Assembly: GCA_951406725.2 (NCBI GenBank)
Contig: OX597818.1
Coordinates: forward strand, 37,696,001 to 37,760,000
Source: Octopus vulgaris
Lineage: Eukaryota
DNA: 64,000 bases
Reading direction: 5' to 3'
Shown here: in pieces, positions 1-13,751 of the stretch
How positions within the stretch are numbered: position 1 is the first letter of the stretch
How the letters are laid out: each line of letters starts with the position of its first letter
Notes under the pieces: generated by a model
Database searches by the model: none
Told to the model about the DNA's origin: nothing
What the model saw: the letters and a program-made list of their open reading frames with translations, nothing else
Made by a program: the position numbers and the translations under genes

Positions 1-101
1 TAAGACCAGGGACTTAGACCGAAAGTTTAAGACAGAGTGGGCTCTATTAAGAGTACACACGGACCAAGTAGAGATTTTAAACTGAGTTATGGTTAATCCT
101 A

Positions 102-429
102 GTGGAGGCGCAACGGCCCAGTGGTTAGGGCAGCGGACTCGCGGTCGGAGGATCGCGGTTTCAATTCCCAGACCGGGCCTTGTGTGTGCTTATTGAGCGG
201 CGAAAGAACCTAAAGCTCCATGAGGCTCCAACAAGGGGTGGTGGTGACCCCATTTTGTACTCTTTCGCCCCAACTTTCTCTCACTCTTTCTTCCCGTTTC
301 TTGAGTAACGCTGCGATGGACTGGCGTCCCGTCCAGGTGGGGGGAACACATACGCCACAGAAACCGGGAAACCGGGCCCATGAGCCTGGCTACGCTTGAA
401 AAGTGCGCATAAATAAATAAATAAATAAA
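102..429 (+). mobile_element. tRNA-derived SINE, family C (TGGAGGCGCAA head, CTGCGATGGACTGGCGTCC body)
   Basis: A/B-box-like head, (AAAT)n tail, 13-bp TSD ATGGTTAATCCTA at 89-101 and 430-442; other copies at 11818-12127 and 40071-40395. Confidence 0.9.
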
Positions 430-801
430 ATGGTTAATCCTAAGACCCAAGAGTGGAAACAGATCCTCTGGCGGATTTCCACAGTTCCCGTTAACGAAAT
501 TTTGCCCTTTAGACTTTGATCAACACATGAGTATCGTATGATTTGCCCAAATTGCCGAGTAGTGAAATTGAACCAGAACCATGCAATAACGAAGCGAACT
601 TCTTAACCACACAGCCATACCTGCACCCATTTGGCTATCTTTACTCATCAATTGTGCTACTTTCTTTCATCGGTTCAGCAAGTACATTCATATCGATTAC
701 ATATTGATGGTTCACAATCGTTGGATTTAGATAAAAAAAAAAAAAACAATTGTAAGAAACAAATAATAGAAATTGTTGGATTTTGATGGATCACTCAAGT
801 G

Positions 802-2333
802 CTGATTGGCAAAGAGTGCAATACGAGTGCTTTTGTCATGGCTTAAGTTCATATCGAGTGCAGGGATGGCCAAACGGTTAGGAAGCTTGATTCATAACCA
901 CGTGGATTCGGGCCCGATCTCGTTGCGCGGCATCTTAGCCTCGATTGGTTAAAAATTACGTGGAAACACACCAAAGGAATCGTTCCTGTTCTTGGATGGT
1001 AAGCTTAATCTATCACTTGGCCTTTGGATGTCCTTAGCGTTCGAAAAGCTTTCCAGTCTGAGGATATCTTCTTCCTACTAGATTCCAGAGGCCCTGCAAA
1101 TTCATAGGGATGATTCCCTTCTGTTCTGATTAAATCTTTTTTTTTATCAAGATATGGCATAAGTACTTAAAGAAAGCATGAGACTGGGTCTTATACATAA
1201 ATTCATCGAAAACTAATCCAAATCAGCAGTTTTCTACTATCCAGGTAGTATCAAGCGATATCGCAGGTTTCCTGAACTAATCACTTGGTTAAAACACTTC
1301 AATATGACTTGTGTGATCATATGCAACACACCAATGCAAGAGGCTATCTCATGGCCCATTGTACCAAACCAAACATTTGTGACACAAATTTACGTGTTAA
1401 TATATTTCTTTTGATCAAAGCACTCCCGTTAAATCTTTCCATGTGATCATCAATGATTCGTGTTCGTATTCCTTCGCCAGCACTGCTTTCTGTTCATAGC
1501 TTACATCTCTGTTCTGACTTGTTTAGCACGTTAGGCGTAAGTCAACTAAGTAGTTACAAAGTCACACGCTTTCTTTAAGTTCTTACTATTTTACTTGTTT
1601 CAGTCATTTGACTGTGGCCATGCTGGAGCACCACCTTTAGTCGAGCAAATCGACCCCAGGACTTATTCTGTGAATGCCTAGTACTTATTCCATCGGTCTC
1701 TTTGGTCGAACCGCTAAGTTACGGGGACGTAAACACACCAGCATCGGTTGTCAAGCGATGTATGGACAAACACACACACACACATATATATGCATATATA
1801 CGAAGGGCTTCTTTCAGTTTCCGTCTACCAAATCCACTCACAAGGTTTTGGTCGGCACGAGGCTATAGTAGAAGACACTCGCTCAAGGTGCCACGCAGTG
1901 GGACTGAACTCGGAACCATGTGGTTCGTAAGCAAGCTACTTACCACTTCTTGTGATATCTTGAAAATAAAAAAAAAGATTTAATCAGAACAGAAGGAGAG
2001 CACCCCTATGAATTTGCAGGGCCTCTGGAATCTGGTAGGAAGAAGATATCCTCAAACTGGAAATCTGTTCGAACGCTAAGGATATCAAAAGGTCATGTGA
2101 TAGATTAAGCTTACCATCCAAGAGCAGGAACGATTCCTTTGGTGTGTTTCCACGCAGATTTCATCCAATCGAAGTTATGATTAAAAAAACTCTTGTTTAA
2201 GATGCCGCGCAACGAGATCGAGCCCGAATCCACGTAGTTATCAATTAAGCTTCCTAACCCCTTGGCCATCCCTGCACTCGATATGAACTTAAGCCATGGC
2301 AAAAGCACTCGTATTGCACTCTTTGCCAACCAG
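802..2333. repeat. long inverted repeat, arms 802-1155 and 1955-2333
   Basis: Arms read as reverse complements with scattered substitutions and one ~20-nt indel. Confidence 0.92.
1585..1945 (-). mobile_element. tRNA-derived SINE, family A
   Basis: Reverse complement of the 48880-49285 copy (GGTTCC..CCCACTGCGTGGCACC head; GGATTTGGTAGACGGAAACTGAAAGAAGCCC body; GACTGAAACAAGTAAA tail). Confidence 0.88.
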
Positions 2334-4152
2334 TTTCATAAGTCTCAGTAAATTCGATATGAATACAAGAATAAAACGAAAATTTATTTCAAGGATTCTT
2401 GTCTAAACGAATATTGAATCGAAAAATAATAGGAATATCACAAATTTTGTGATGGAATCTGTTATTGGTTGTTAGCAAACGGGATACCGTGGAACTTCTA
2501 TTTGTGCTTGTTGTATTTAATTGAAAGCAATTATCTGCTAATGGACGTATTTAGCAGTCATGTTTATTATACGGATGGCAAAATTTGATTGTACTGTAAT
2601 TGCACATTTTTTATGGAACCGCATATATTGTGATACCAACATCAAGGATTTTTCTATAATTACAATCTGCACCAACTAACTGAAAATCATGTTAAAACAA
2701 AAACAAAAGAAACTATTTCAATCAAATCGCTTTCGTTATAAAATAAGACAATTTGATTCTCTGGAAATTATATATTGTTTTGTTCTTTTCTCAGAAATGA
2801 TTTTGAGAGGTGTTTTTTTTTCTTTTTTTTTTTCTTTCTTCAACCTAGAACAGTGTAATGGTCAGCAAAAACAGAATATGAAGTAGGGTCTTACCGAGCC
2901 GATTTAGTGATTCAGTTTTCATACCAAAGTTGAAAATGTTTCAAGTCTCTAATCTTATTGAGGAAGGGCTTAGCGTCATTAACTTATACGTTTAAAGATG
3001 ATTGATTGAAACACTAAACTGCCGGGTTAAATGACTGGTAGTGTTCTGTGGTTTATATAATTATTCATATTGACAATAGTTAGTTGTCAGAAATGTTACG
3101 GCACTGGATTAAGATAAATGTCTTTGAATATTTACTTTCAATTTCCTAGTTTCTGTGTTCAAATCTGATCAAGATTGATTTTTGCCTTTTAATATAAGGT
3201 AATGAATGACAATCTACTGTTCCTTTTCCTTACAAATGTAAGCTTTGTGCTTACTCAAAAGAAGTCAGTGTATGCCAGTTTAGTGATTAGTAACGTCTAG
3301 CAGCGAACGTTTTTTGCTGAGTGATCTATTCTCGCTCGATAAAACGTCTTTGATTTGGGTTGCTGTTCATGTGAAAGCAATGTGTATGTGTGTATGTATG
3401 TATACATGTATGTATGTATGTATGTATGTATGTATGTATGTATGTATGTATGTATGTATGTATGTATGCATGCGTGTGTGTGTATGTGTGTGTAATAACT
3501 TTCTCTAAAATAATATAGTATGATTTTCGCTCTTACTTGAAAGAAACGAATAGAAAACCAATTCCTGAAGGGAAATTGCTTCTGTTGATGGGAACTGTAC
3601 ATTAACGTACGAGAGCGATTTATTTTATTTCATTAACGAAGGGTAAAGCAACCCCTAACAAGGGTTCAAGCTCATGACATATATCTTTTAGGAAATTCTT
3701 TTCATTTCCTCAATGTCAAAAGCCCCAAACTAATTACTATTGTAAGTCTGCTATTTTGGCAATGATATGCACATTTGTATCGTGACAAACCAATGAGGGA
3801 GCCACTTTTCGATTGCTTGATCTTTTGTCAAAAAAAAAAAAGGCTACCAACTCTCCTTCTATCGTTGCTTATTTTCTAGTTAAATGTCCTGGGTACATAG
3901 AATATGAAATGACACGTGGTGGTCATGAATGGGGTGCTTTTGATCATAAGTCTGCTCAGAGCTAACATTCTCGTCCTCCTCGTCATTTCCTCCTTTTTCT
4001 TATCATCATCATCATCATCGTCGTCGTCGTCGTCGTCGTCGTCGTCATCAACAACAGCTGCTGTTGTCAGTTCAAAGGTTGAAAGTCGTAACTAATCTAG
4101 CTATCGTTTATAGTGCTGCCCTATTTTCAATCACTGATCGCTACGACAACGA

Positions 4153-4218
<66 letters not shown>

Positions 4219-4541
4219 GTGGCGGTGGTGGTGGTGGTGGTGGTGGAGGTGGTGGTGGTGGTGGGTGGGGATTAGCCTTGATTGAGCAGACCCATGATCG
4301 AAGGCATTTCAGCCCCTGATTACCCTACCTCATCATGTTTTAATGAATAATGCACATTGGGCTGCGTTATCCAGTGGCTCGTCCTACTTTTTTTCTTTGA
4401 GGTGATAGTGTATAATTCGAGATAGATTTTTAGTTGATATTTCTAGCAGGTCAAGAGACCAGGTAGGCGCTCCATCAGTGTTACTAGAATCTTCGTTTAT
4501 GATTATTAATCCTGGTTACGATGATAGTCGGAAATAACCTG

Positions 4542-4590
<49 letters not shown>

Positions 4591-4591
4591 T

Positions 4592-4625
<34 letters not shown>

Positions 4626-4629
4626 ACTA

Positions 4630-4722
<93 letters not shown>

Positions 4723-4955
4723 TTCAGGGACCTTTTGAGCGGGATGGGCTACTCAACCTGAAGAAAATTCTAACTGGGCCCCACCTGCAAAGTCATGTGC
4801 TGTTTATCTTGATATGAGATCACCATGTCGCGCACATATGGTTGTGATGCATGTGCCTGGTGTACCCTTATCAGACGGATAGCCATGATGAGTATATTGG
4901 GCTTCGTATATTTTACCCCAGTGTCACTTTGATGGCATGCACTGCTCTCTCACTC

Positions 4956-5009
<54 letters not shown>

Positions 5010-5011
<2 letters not shown>

Positions 5012-7590
5012 AGGAATAAATAATGATTTCTTTATTAACCACAAGGGTTTACATAAAGAAAAACATTGTGGACAGTACAGGATATAACAAAGAATGAGTG
5101 TGTGTTGTGAGGGCTTGCGTGTAAACAAGGCCAACAAAATTTTTAAAATCAACAATGTGTGATCTTCAATAGGGAGGGCTGCTCAGAGAAAAGCCCCATA
5201 AAAAACCATGGGTACCCTAACTTTGGGGGTAGGTGCCTTTTTTCTCAACTACAGGCGTATGCTCAGGGCAGGCCCGTTCACCTGCACCATTCTCGCCACT
5301 TTCATCCACCTTTCAGCCAATTGGCTGGAAGACAACACTTCTCTCTCTACCCTTATTTCCCTTTTCAAGTGAAACTTGAAGAAGTTGCTCAGAAATTGGC
5401 CAAAGAGAAAAGTGTTTGCTTTCAGCCCCTTCAATCTCGTCCACCATACAACCTCTTTCGCCATATCCACCAGGCATATAAACACAGCTTTTCCTCGGTT
5501 AAAGGAAGGCAGCGGAGCGATCTTCACGATGGATTCAGTTGACAGCCGGATCCGTCCCATATGCGACAGTAGGTGTTCGACATAAACCCACAGGACAGTA
5601 ATGCTCGGACACTGGACGAATGCGTGCAGGACCGTCTCATCGTTTAGCGTGCATCTCGGACATGCTCGGCTGACGGCACTTCCGTGCCTGTAAAGTTTAT
5701 CTCGAATAACCAAAGCTATCGGTAGCACTGCTAGGCCAGAGATTTTTTGAAATTATCCAGCAGTCCCAGGCCGAATGTTCTCCAGAAAAGAGCGGCTAAC
5801 TGATCTTCTTCGATGCCTAAGGTCTCCCCAAGAACGTCGTCGCACTTTTCCTCCACTAATCCTCTATAAAAAGCTAAAGTATACGTTCTATCTTTCGCAC
5901 TGTTCGAGTGGCTGAGGGTTGTGAGTGGTTGTAGACATTCCACTTTCCAAATGCTCTCCCTCGGTCTCTGTTTTACCTAGGACTGCAGCTCCGTTAAAGA
6001 AACTAGCTTGCGGAAATATGTGTCTGGCGAATGGTGACCACACCTGTTCACTGTCAATGAAGCACTGGAGATGTAACTTCAGCGCATGTCTGCGCATCAT
6101 CAACTACTGCATGCCCAGGCAACCACCCAGCGGGTGTTGACAGCAGATAGACCGCCTGACCATCGGGATGAGTCCCTTTCAGAAGAAGCGGAAAAGTATA
6201 CGCTTCAGCGTAATCAGATGATTGCCAGGACAAGGCACGACGGTCAAACGATAGTAGATGACGGACACGTTAGCCACATCTGCCCGACCTTTTAGGGATA
6301 GCTTTCTCTCGGCCCATTTCTGGGTGAGATTAGTCACCCTGCTAGTTACCTCGTCCCAGTTTTTGTCTATTAGGAGGTACAGACCGAACCAGAGCCCGAG
6401 CAATTTAACCGGTCCATCCGTCCAACGCCCAACTGTTGGACGGCATGGTCTTCTTTCTCCAGGTGCCATGCCGCAAACCCATTGATTTTTCCTGGTTAAT
6501 CGTCGCTCTTGAAACCGCCTCGTAGTCCTTGAGAGCGGTGCCGATCATTTCTATGCGTTTATGATCCGATACCACTACGGTGACGTCGTCGGCATATGCC
6601 AACACGCATCTTCCACATCCTAGGTCACGCGGGATGTCTCTCAATGCCTCCAGTTTGAGTAGTATGGGCTCAAGAATCAGTACATACAAAAGAGACGAGA
6701 GGGGGAAACCTTGCCGGACCGAGCTCATGATGTTGAACGGCTCTGAGAAGTGACCGTTCACTATAACCACTGAACAGATGTCGTTGTGCATTGCAGCGAT
6801 CCAGCCCTTGAATACAAGTCTGAAACCAGCTGCCTTGAGGCACCCCGTCAGGTATAGATGGTCGACCCTATCGAAAGCTTTAGACTGATCTAAATAGACC
6901 AGGGCCCTACCCATGCCAGGTTCTTTAGCCACTTTTCAATGATGCATCACATGAGGTGGAGGTTGTCGTTGATGGATATTTTCTCGATGGCACATGTCTG
7001 TATCTCCCCAACCAGATTCCCGACGACAAGAGCCAACCTCGTAGCTAACACCTCGGCCAAAACTTTGAACTCTGCATCCAGTAGAGTTATGAGCCTAAAG
7101 TTGTCAATACAATCCCCCTTGTTCGGGTCTTTTCTCAGCAACGCTATTGCTAGTCGGCTCACAGAACTGGGAATTCTCCCATTATGTTGCCAGTTGCAGT
7201 AAACGTTTGCTAAGGGGTCGCCGAACAAGTCTGGCATGTAAGCGTAAAGGTCAGTTATCAGATCAGTTATCATTTGCCCGTCGTGATCCAGCAAGGATCG
7301 GATCGTGGATTTCTTGTCACGCCGTGCCTCTGCCACTCGGACCCATTGAACGGCTTTGCCTTCTGTCCAGATGCTCGTGCGTCAGCTCTGACAACGCAAC
7401 TTTCGTGTTCCGCATTGAAGAATTGGTCGAGTGCCAATCTCGTCGCGAGCAAGTCGTTCGCGATGCCTTTTCTAAAAGCCTCGTCTAACTTTTTGATTAG
7501 CCCTCCCTCTACTCTTTTTCTTTCTACTGCTAGTCCTTTGCTAAACTTTATCGATTCTATTCTATTCATAATAATACAGTAAATTTTTAG
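5010..7590 (-). mobile_element. 5'-truncated, frameshifted Tx1/L1-like LINE ORF2 (RT + Cys-His knuckle) with 3' UTR
   Basis: Minus-strand ORFs with FRLITLLD, LDQSKAFDRVDH, SVRQGFPLS, YADDV, LSLKGR and CPRC..ETVLHAFVQC motifs. Confidence 0.92.
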
Positions 7591-7872
7591 GATACGTTGG
7601 ACGTTTGTACCGAAAACGAGCTGTATCAATAACACTTTAGTTCGAGTAACATCACTAGTATCGTCCTAACTAAACCAAACTCAGTGAAAATTATAAGCAG
7701 TTTTCGAAGAGAGGCCGTTGACAATTGCAGCATTTATAACCCTCACAACAACACACAGTCACACACATACACATACACATTCTTTGTTATGTTCTGCACT
7801 GTTCTGGATGTTTTCTTAATGTAAAACTCTTGTAGTTAATAAAGAAATTATTATTTATTCCTGTATCATCAA

Positions 7873-8056
<184 letters not shown>

Positions 8057-8412
8057 TTATTAATAGGATGCCATTGAAGGCCTGGCATTTCAGACAACTC
8101 ATATCCTTTTCTCTGTAGAATTTCGGTCTACTGTTACACGGGGGTAAAATACTTAATCATGCACTGCTTGTCATTAGCCGCTCGCACAAACATGACCTTT
8201 TGCATCAGATACTCAGTCGGGTGGGAGGTGGGTGGACGGGATGTGATAGTGCGCCAATGTCGGTGGTTCTGAGTGTAGCTGGAACGTGGATTCGGGGCGG
8301 GTGGAGATAGAACAAGAGAGCTCTAAATATGCGGGGAGAAGTGGAATAGAGGAGTCAGTACTTGCCTCTTAATACTCCCGAAGGTTCATGTTTCTTTTTA
8401 CTATACTGTCAT

Positions 8413-8490
<78 letters not shown>

Positions 8491-8730
8491 TCTATGTCAC
8501 GCATACATTGTATTCATACGCATGTGTGTATTATATCTGTTGTGTGTACGACTATGCATATATCCGTAATCTTGCACACACACTCACATCACTGGCACGT
8601 GCATATATATACATCTGTGTTCATGTATACGTATGCACACATTCATAAAATCTAATTATAGATGAGATTATGGAAATAGGACTCTGGAGACTGAATTCAG
8701 GCATTTTAGGAGCAGAGGGTTCAGCTAGAC

Positions 8731-8931
8731 CAGTGTCTCTCAAGACAGAGCGCACGTCCCACCAGTGGGGCGTGAATTACTTCAAATGGGGCGTAAGTAA
8801 GTAACAAGTGAATGAAACTTGCAATAAAATTTCAGTTTCACTTCTTTCGAATATACTTTGTAGATGATGGGGCGCACGTATTTTTAAACAATCGAAGTGA
8901 AGCGTGGGACAAAAACAAGTTGTGAAGCATG
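8731..8931. mobile_element. hAT (Charlie-like) MITE
   Basis: CAGTGTCTCTCAA...TTGTGAAGCATG termini; 8-bp flanks AGCTAGAC / AGCAAGAC (7/8). Confidence 0.6.
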
Positions 8932-10319
8932 AGCAAGACAATTAGATGGTGGTTCGTGTTATATCTGTAGCCGAAATAATTTTCTTAAAAAAATATCCCA
9001 GACCATCAAGATTTTCAATGACTTATTCAGAGAAGGCAGGGCAGCACTTATGATCCTTTGTAGACATTCTGTAAGACGTAGGAGGAAGTTATCCTCAGGC
9101 AGAAGAGCTCGTGCGAATGCTTGCAACAGAATAGACCCTGCTAAAGGCGCCAGGGTTGGGGGAAAAAGGAGGAGTTAAACCTTGTAATAGATTTTGAGTC
9201 CGTCTCTTAAGAACAAGAAGGTTCCCTCCACACCACCACCACCACCACCACCACCACGAGCTTTGACACTGTTTCCGTCAACTAAATTCCACAAACTCCA
9301 CTCGTAAGGTATTGGCCGATATGTGGCTATGGTAAAAATTTACCCAAGATACTAGACAGTGGGATCGAAACTGAAGCCATCTGGTTGTGAAGTGAGCTTC
9401 TTAAACATGCTGTTATGCTTGTGCCATAAGGTTGTCTACAGCAGAAGCATTTGGCCATAGTGTGTGTATTGATTGCACTGTAAAATTGATGAGAACTTTT
9501 GTTGGCTTAGAGCAAGTTGGACTTCATCAAGATGATTTGCCATAAAAGCTACTTGAAAACAATCTCTACAGAGGAGCCTGCTTTAGACCAATTGTTTTAA
9601 GGTTTCCCGAGATCTACAAAAAAACCGAAGCAGTATTATGTCACATTACTGAAGAAACTGTTTCATACTAGAACCAGGCTCTGGACTAGTTTCGCCGAGC
9701 TGTATATCGATTCCATGGTGGAATCATAGCTTGTAGTCTGTAAACATTAAACTGGACCACCAATGTGGTACTAATTCTAAAAACACATAAAAAATTTAGA
9801 CAGGATGATCACGGCTTGAACGTCTTTGATTGTAAGTCTCCTCTATCAGGGTTAATCTGAAGCTAATTAGTAATCAATAAATTACAGGAACCAGCGAGTG
9901 AAGGAGCATTCTATGCAGTTGCTCTATCTAATCGAAATTGCAATCAAGTCTCATTCAAATTACGTCATACTGACTTAAATTAACGATGCGCTAGGCAATG
10001 TAGCTCTAATATACAAAAATAAGAGAATTGCAGGCCGGAACCTCTTTCACTATACGTCCTCTCATTCAAGGATAACTTGGAATTTTAACTGCGACAACTT
10101 ACATCTAGATGGACTCTTATAATTTGTGAGTTATATGTGAAAGGTATAAGATCATCTCAGGCAAGTTGCAGGATACAAACTAACTGTTATTCACTTGATA
10201 AATTGTGGCATTCAAAGTTATTGGTCTTTTCATAATTTAACAAACTATTTCCATTGATATTATTCATTTTTTTTATTAATTAGTGCTGAAATAGTGTTAA
10301 CTTTCTCGTTATTTTACAG

Positions 10320-10373
10320 GTACGCCATAGCTGTAGCCTTCAAACATGTCGATCCAGCGTTTCCTTACATCAG
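10320..10373 (+). CDS. DRAM: DRAM/TMEM150-family protein, first coding exon visible in window (54 nt, phase 2/2): YAIAVAFKHVDPAFPYI(S)
   Basis: ttttacag|G acceptor and AG|gtgagt donor; translation matches the family motif HxxPxxPYISDTG, which is completed by the next exon. Upstream exon with ATG not found. Confidence 0.9.
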
Positions 10374-11817
10374 GTGAGTGTGATTATCTTTGTTAATCTA
10401 ATCCATTATCATTATCGTGTGATTAGTCGGAGAAGAGAATCTGTGTTCCTTATATACGCAGGCTTTCAATACCATTACGATTGGAGACTAATGTAGTTGG
10501 GAGTTTGGTTTGAACATTTTAATATCGATGACTTCTGGGGAAACGCAAGTGAGAAAGAATTTGTTTTAATAGAACTGACGTTCCTGCTAGCAAGGACTGA
10601 ACGAAGTTCTTATAGGGGCTTGAGTGTGGAGGGATACAATATAAGGAACGAATTTGTCAGAGGAAGGGAGCTGAGACCGTTTCTGTTCCAGTAGAAAAGT
10701 CCGAGTAAGAAGACAGTTCGTTGTGAAGTAGATATTTAAGGGTTTCGGTAAGTGGTTCCTTGCCAACCAGTCAGATACACTTCCGTTGGATGCAGTGTAG
10801 GATGTGTGTGTGTGTGTGAGAGAGAGAGAGCAACACTGTACCTGATGTGAGAGCAGTAGTCCATTGTAAGTCTCACTTATAGAGAATCAGTAATTATTCA
10901 GAGTTTAAAAGTATTTTCTTCTCCTAAACAAAGATGAGGAACATCGTCCCTTCTCTTGGCGAATTCTAAATGTTAAAATTAAAATAAAAGCCTTTCCCTT
11001 GCGTCCTTCTCTAGAATTACATAACTTTCAAATATTCTTCCTGATTTTCAATACAGTCTCGCTATATCTCCCTCAAAGTATACCGTACTGCTTTAAACAT
11101 AGAATATGTCGTATGTTGTAGTCCTAGATAAAAATGTCTGTAAAGAAAATAAGATGTGGCTGGAATATCTTTGAGTATAGGTCTTCTCATTCAGAACACA
11201 TCTGGGGATAAATAACAATATCGTGGGTTGGAGGGAACAAGAACTATTCTTGCCTAGGTATATTGATCTTTTGACTAATATGTAGATCTTTTGACATCAA
11301 AAGTTATTTCAAAATTACCCAAATGTTCCACCCTTATTGTTATAGGGAAAAGGGTCTACAATATCATTTATCATGGACTGGAATTGTACAAAGAAATAAA
11401 ACTGAGAACAGATTGCGTTTAACGCTTACAACTAAAACAATCTCTTGAAATATAAAATATATAAAAGTGCTGAAACCATTGTTAGTGCTTCAAAAACTTC
11501 TACTAAAACATGGTCTCTGACAAGTTGTACTTCGTATGCAACACACCTGCAATATAAATGTCACCTATAGCATGCTGATATGACTGCATGAAAAAGGCCT
11601 TTTGTTGGAATTTTCAGCCTTTTCTACATTTTTCCCACTTAATGATATGTTATAGTCTTGTGTGACTGTCAAGAAACGCATTCAGTGCATGTCAATGTAA
11701 CAATGAACCTGTACCTCTTTCCATCAGGGTCACCAATATTTTTCTATTTAGAAACATGACCAGTTTTAAATTGAATTTTACCAGCTAAATTGAAATCTGA
11801 AATATGTCGTTATACAT

Positions 11818-12127
11818 TATTTTTTTGCGCCCTTTTCAAGCCTAGCCAGGCTCATGGGCCCGGTTTTCGGTTTCTATTGCGTTTGTGTTCCCCCCAACTG
11901 GACGGGACGCCAGTCCATCGCAGCATTACTCAAGAAACAGGAAGAGAGAGTGAGAGAAAGTTGGGACGAAAGAGTACAAAAGGGGTTGCCACCACCCCTT
12001 GCTGGAGCCTCGTGGAGCTTTAGGTGTTTTCACTCAATAAACACACAAACGTCCGGTTCGAGAATCGAAACCGCGATCCTCCGACCGCGAGTCCGCTGCC
12101 CTAACCACTGGGCCATTGCGCATCCAC
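11818..12127 (-). mobile_element. SINE family C
   Basis: Reverse complement of 102-429; flanking CGTTATACA duplication. Confidence 0.88.
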
Positions 12128-12884
12128 CGTTATACACATACGTACGTACATACATACATACATATACATACATACATACATACATACATACATACATACA
12201 TACGTACGTACGTACATACGTACGTACGTACATACATACATACATACATACATACATACATACATACATACATACATACATACATACATACATACATACG
12301 CACTACATGCGCGCGTACACATACACATATGGTACACTTTAAAAGGTGCGCTGAAAAGGCGTGACACGTTAGCAAACGCGCACGTTTGGGCACGGCAGAA
12401 ATATATTCCACACTCCACTCCTATGGTGGATGTGGTTTGTCGAGAGCCATCATAACTCCAGATAGGCAGGTGGGCGGAATCAGCACCAACATTTCACCGC
12501 CCCATACACAAAACACCCCTCACATATATTCAACCATACTTACACTGCTCTCTCATATATGCATACACATATGTATCTGTGTCTATGCAGAGATGTGTGC
12601 TTGAGTAGCTAAGTAGGATACTGAAAAGAATTCCAAACTTCAATGGATGCCCGTATAAAGATGCTGATATTATAAACAGGTTCTGTTGAGGTCTATATTT
12701 TTAGACTTCATATGTATTCTATATATCTGCACGTTTCATTTTGGCTACAAAACTAAAATGTAAACACACACGATCGCGCGCGCCTGCATGCACACGTAGG
12801 CGTATGTGGTTATATATCTACATACACTTACTCAAACACCCATCTAACTATGTTTAAAACAATATGAGTGCGTGTGTGTGTGTG

Positions 12885-13263
12885 TGGAGGCGCAATGGCC
12901 CAGTTGTTAGGGCAGCAGACTCGCGGTCGTAGGATCGCGGTTTCGATTCCCAGACCGGGCATTGTGAGTGTTTATTGAGCGAAAACCCCTAAAGCTTCAC
13001 AAGGCTCCTGCAGGGGGTGGTGGTGAACCCTGCTGTACTCTTTCGCCACCACTTTCTCTCACTCTTTCTTCCTGTTTCTGTTGTACCTGTATTTCAAAGG
13101 GCCAGCCTTGTCACACTGTGTCACGCTGAATCTCCTCGAGAACTACGTTAAGGGTACACGTGTCTGTGGAATGCTCAGCCACTTGCACGTTAATTCCACG
13201 AGCAAGCTGTTCCGTTGATCGTATCAGCTGGGACCCTCATCGTCGTAACCGACGGAGTGCTCC
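12885..13263 (+). mobile_element. SINE family C head with an alternative 3' module
   Basis: First ~190 nt match 102-300; the remainder differs and matches in reverse the fragment at about 21865-22030. Confidence 0.82.
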
Positions 13264-13370
13264 TAAATGCGTGTGTGTGTGTTTGCGTGAATGCATGTGT
13301 GTGTATGTTTGCGTGTATGCATATGCGTGTAAGTTTGTGTGTTTCGTGTATTTCTCCAGCCAACGAAACC

Positions 13371-13557
13371 TCTGTTGTGTCTGGGGAGAGTCATTTTCTT
13401 TTTGTGCCATATAATTTAACACACTCACCGGTTAAATTTCCACTTATTTCTTATAAAAATTAAAATAAAAATAAAAATAAGAAAGAAGTGTAAATTTTAC
13501 CGGTGAGTGTGTTAAATTATAAAGCACAAAAAAACGACTCTCTCCAGACACAACAGA
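13371..13557. repeat. fold-back element, ~80-bp inverted arms
   Basis: TCTGTTGTGTCTGGGGAGAGTC...ACACTCACCGGT versus ACCGGTGAGTGT...GACTCTCTCCAGACACAACAGA. Confidence 0.88.
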
Positions 13558-13615
13558 ATATGCTTCAACACACGAACTCATATAAAGAATCTTGCAAGCC
13601 AAATCGAAAAACGAA

Positions 13616-13680
<65 letters not shown>

Positions 13681-13683
13681 TAT

Positions 13684-13751
<68 letters not shown>

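Noticed and set aside
620-710. Hydrophobic frame PFGYLYSSIVLLSFIGSASTFISITY as DRAM TM1 exon
   Set aside because: No ATG or phase-2 donor, and it starts inside a decayed SINE.
1453-1542. ATG...GGC|gtaagt mini-exon as DRAM first exon
   Set aside because: Phase 0 donor is incompatible with the phase-2 exon at 10320 and the peptide is not TM-like.
8101-8110. ATATCCTTTT, AT-AC type U12 donor consensus
   Set aside because: No exon upstream (microsatellite) and the next exon has an ordinary U2 CAG acceptor.
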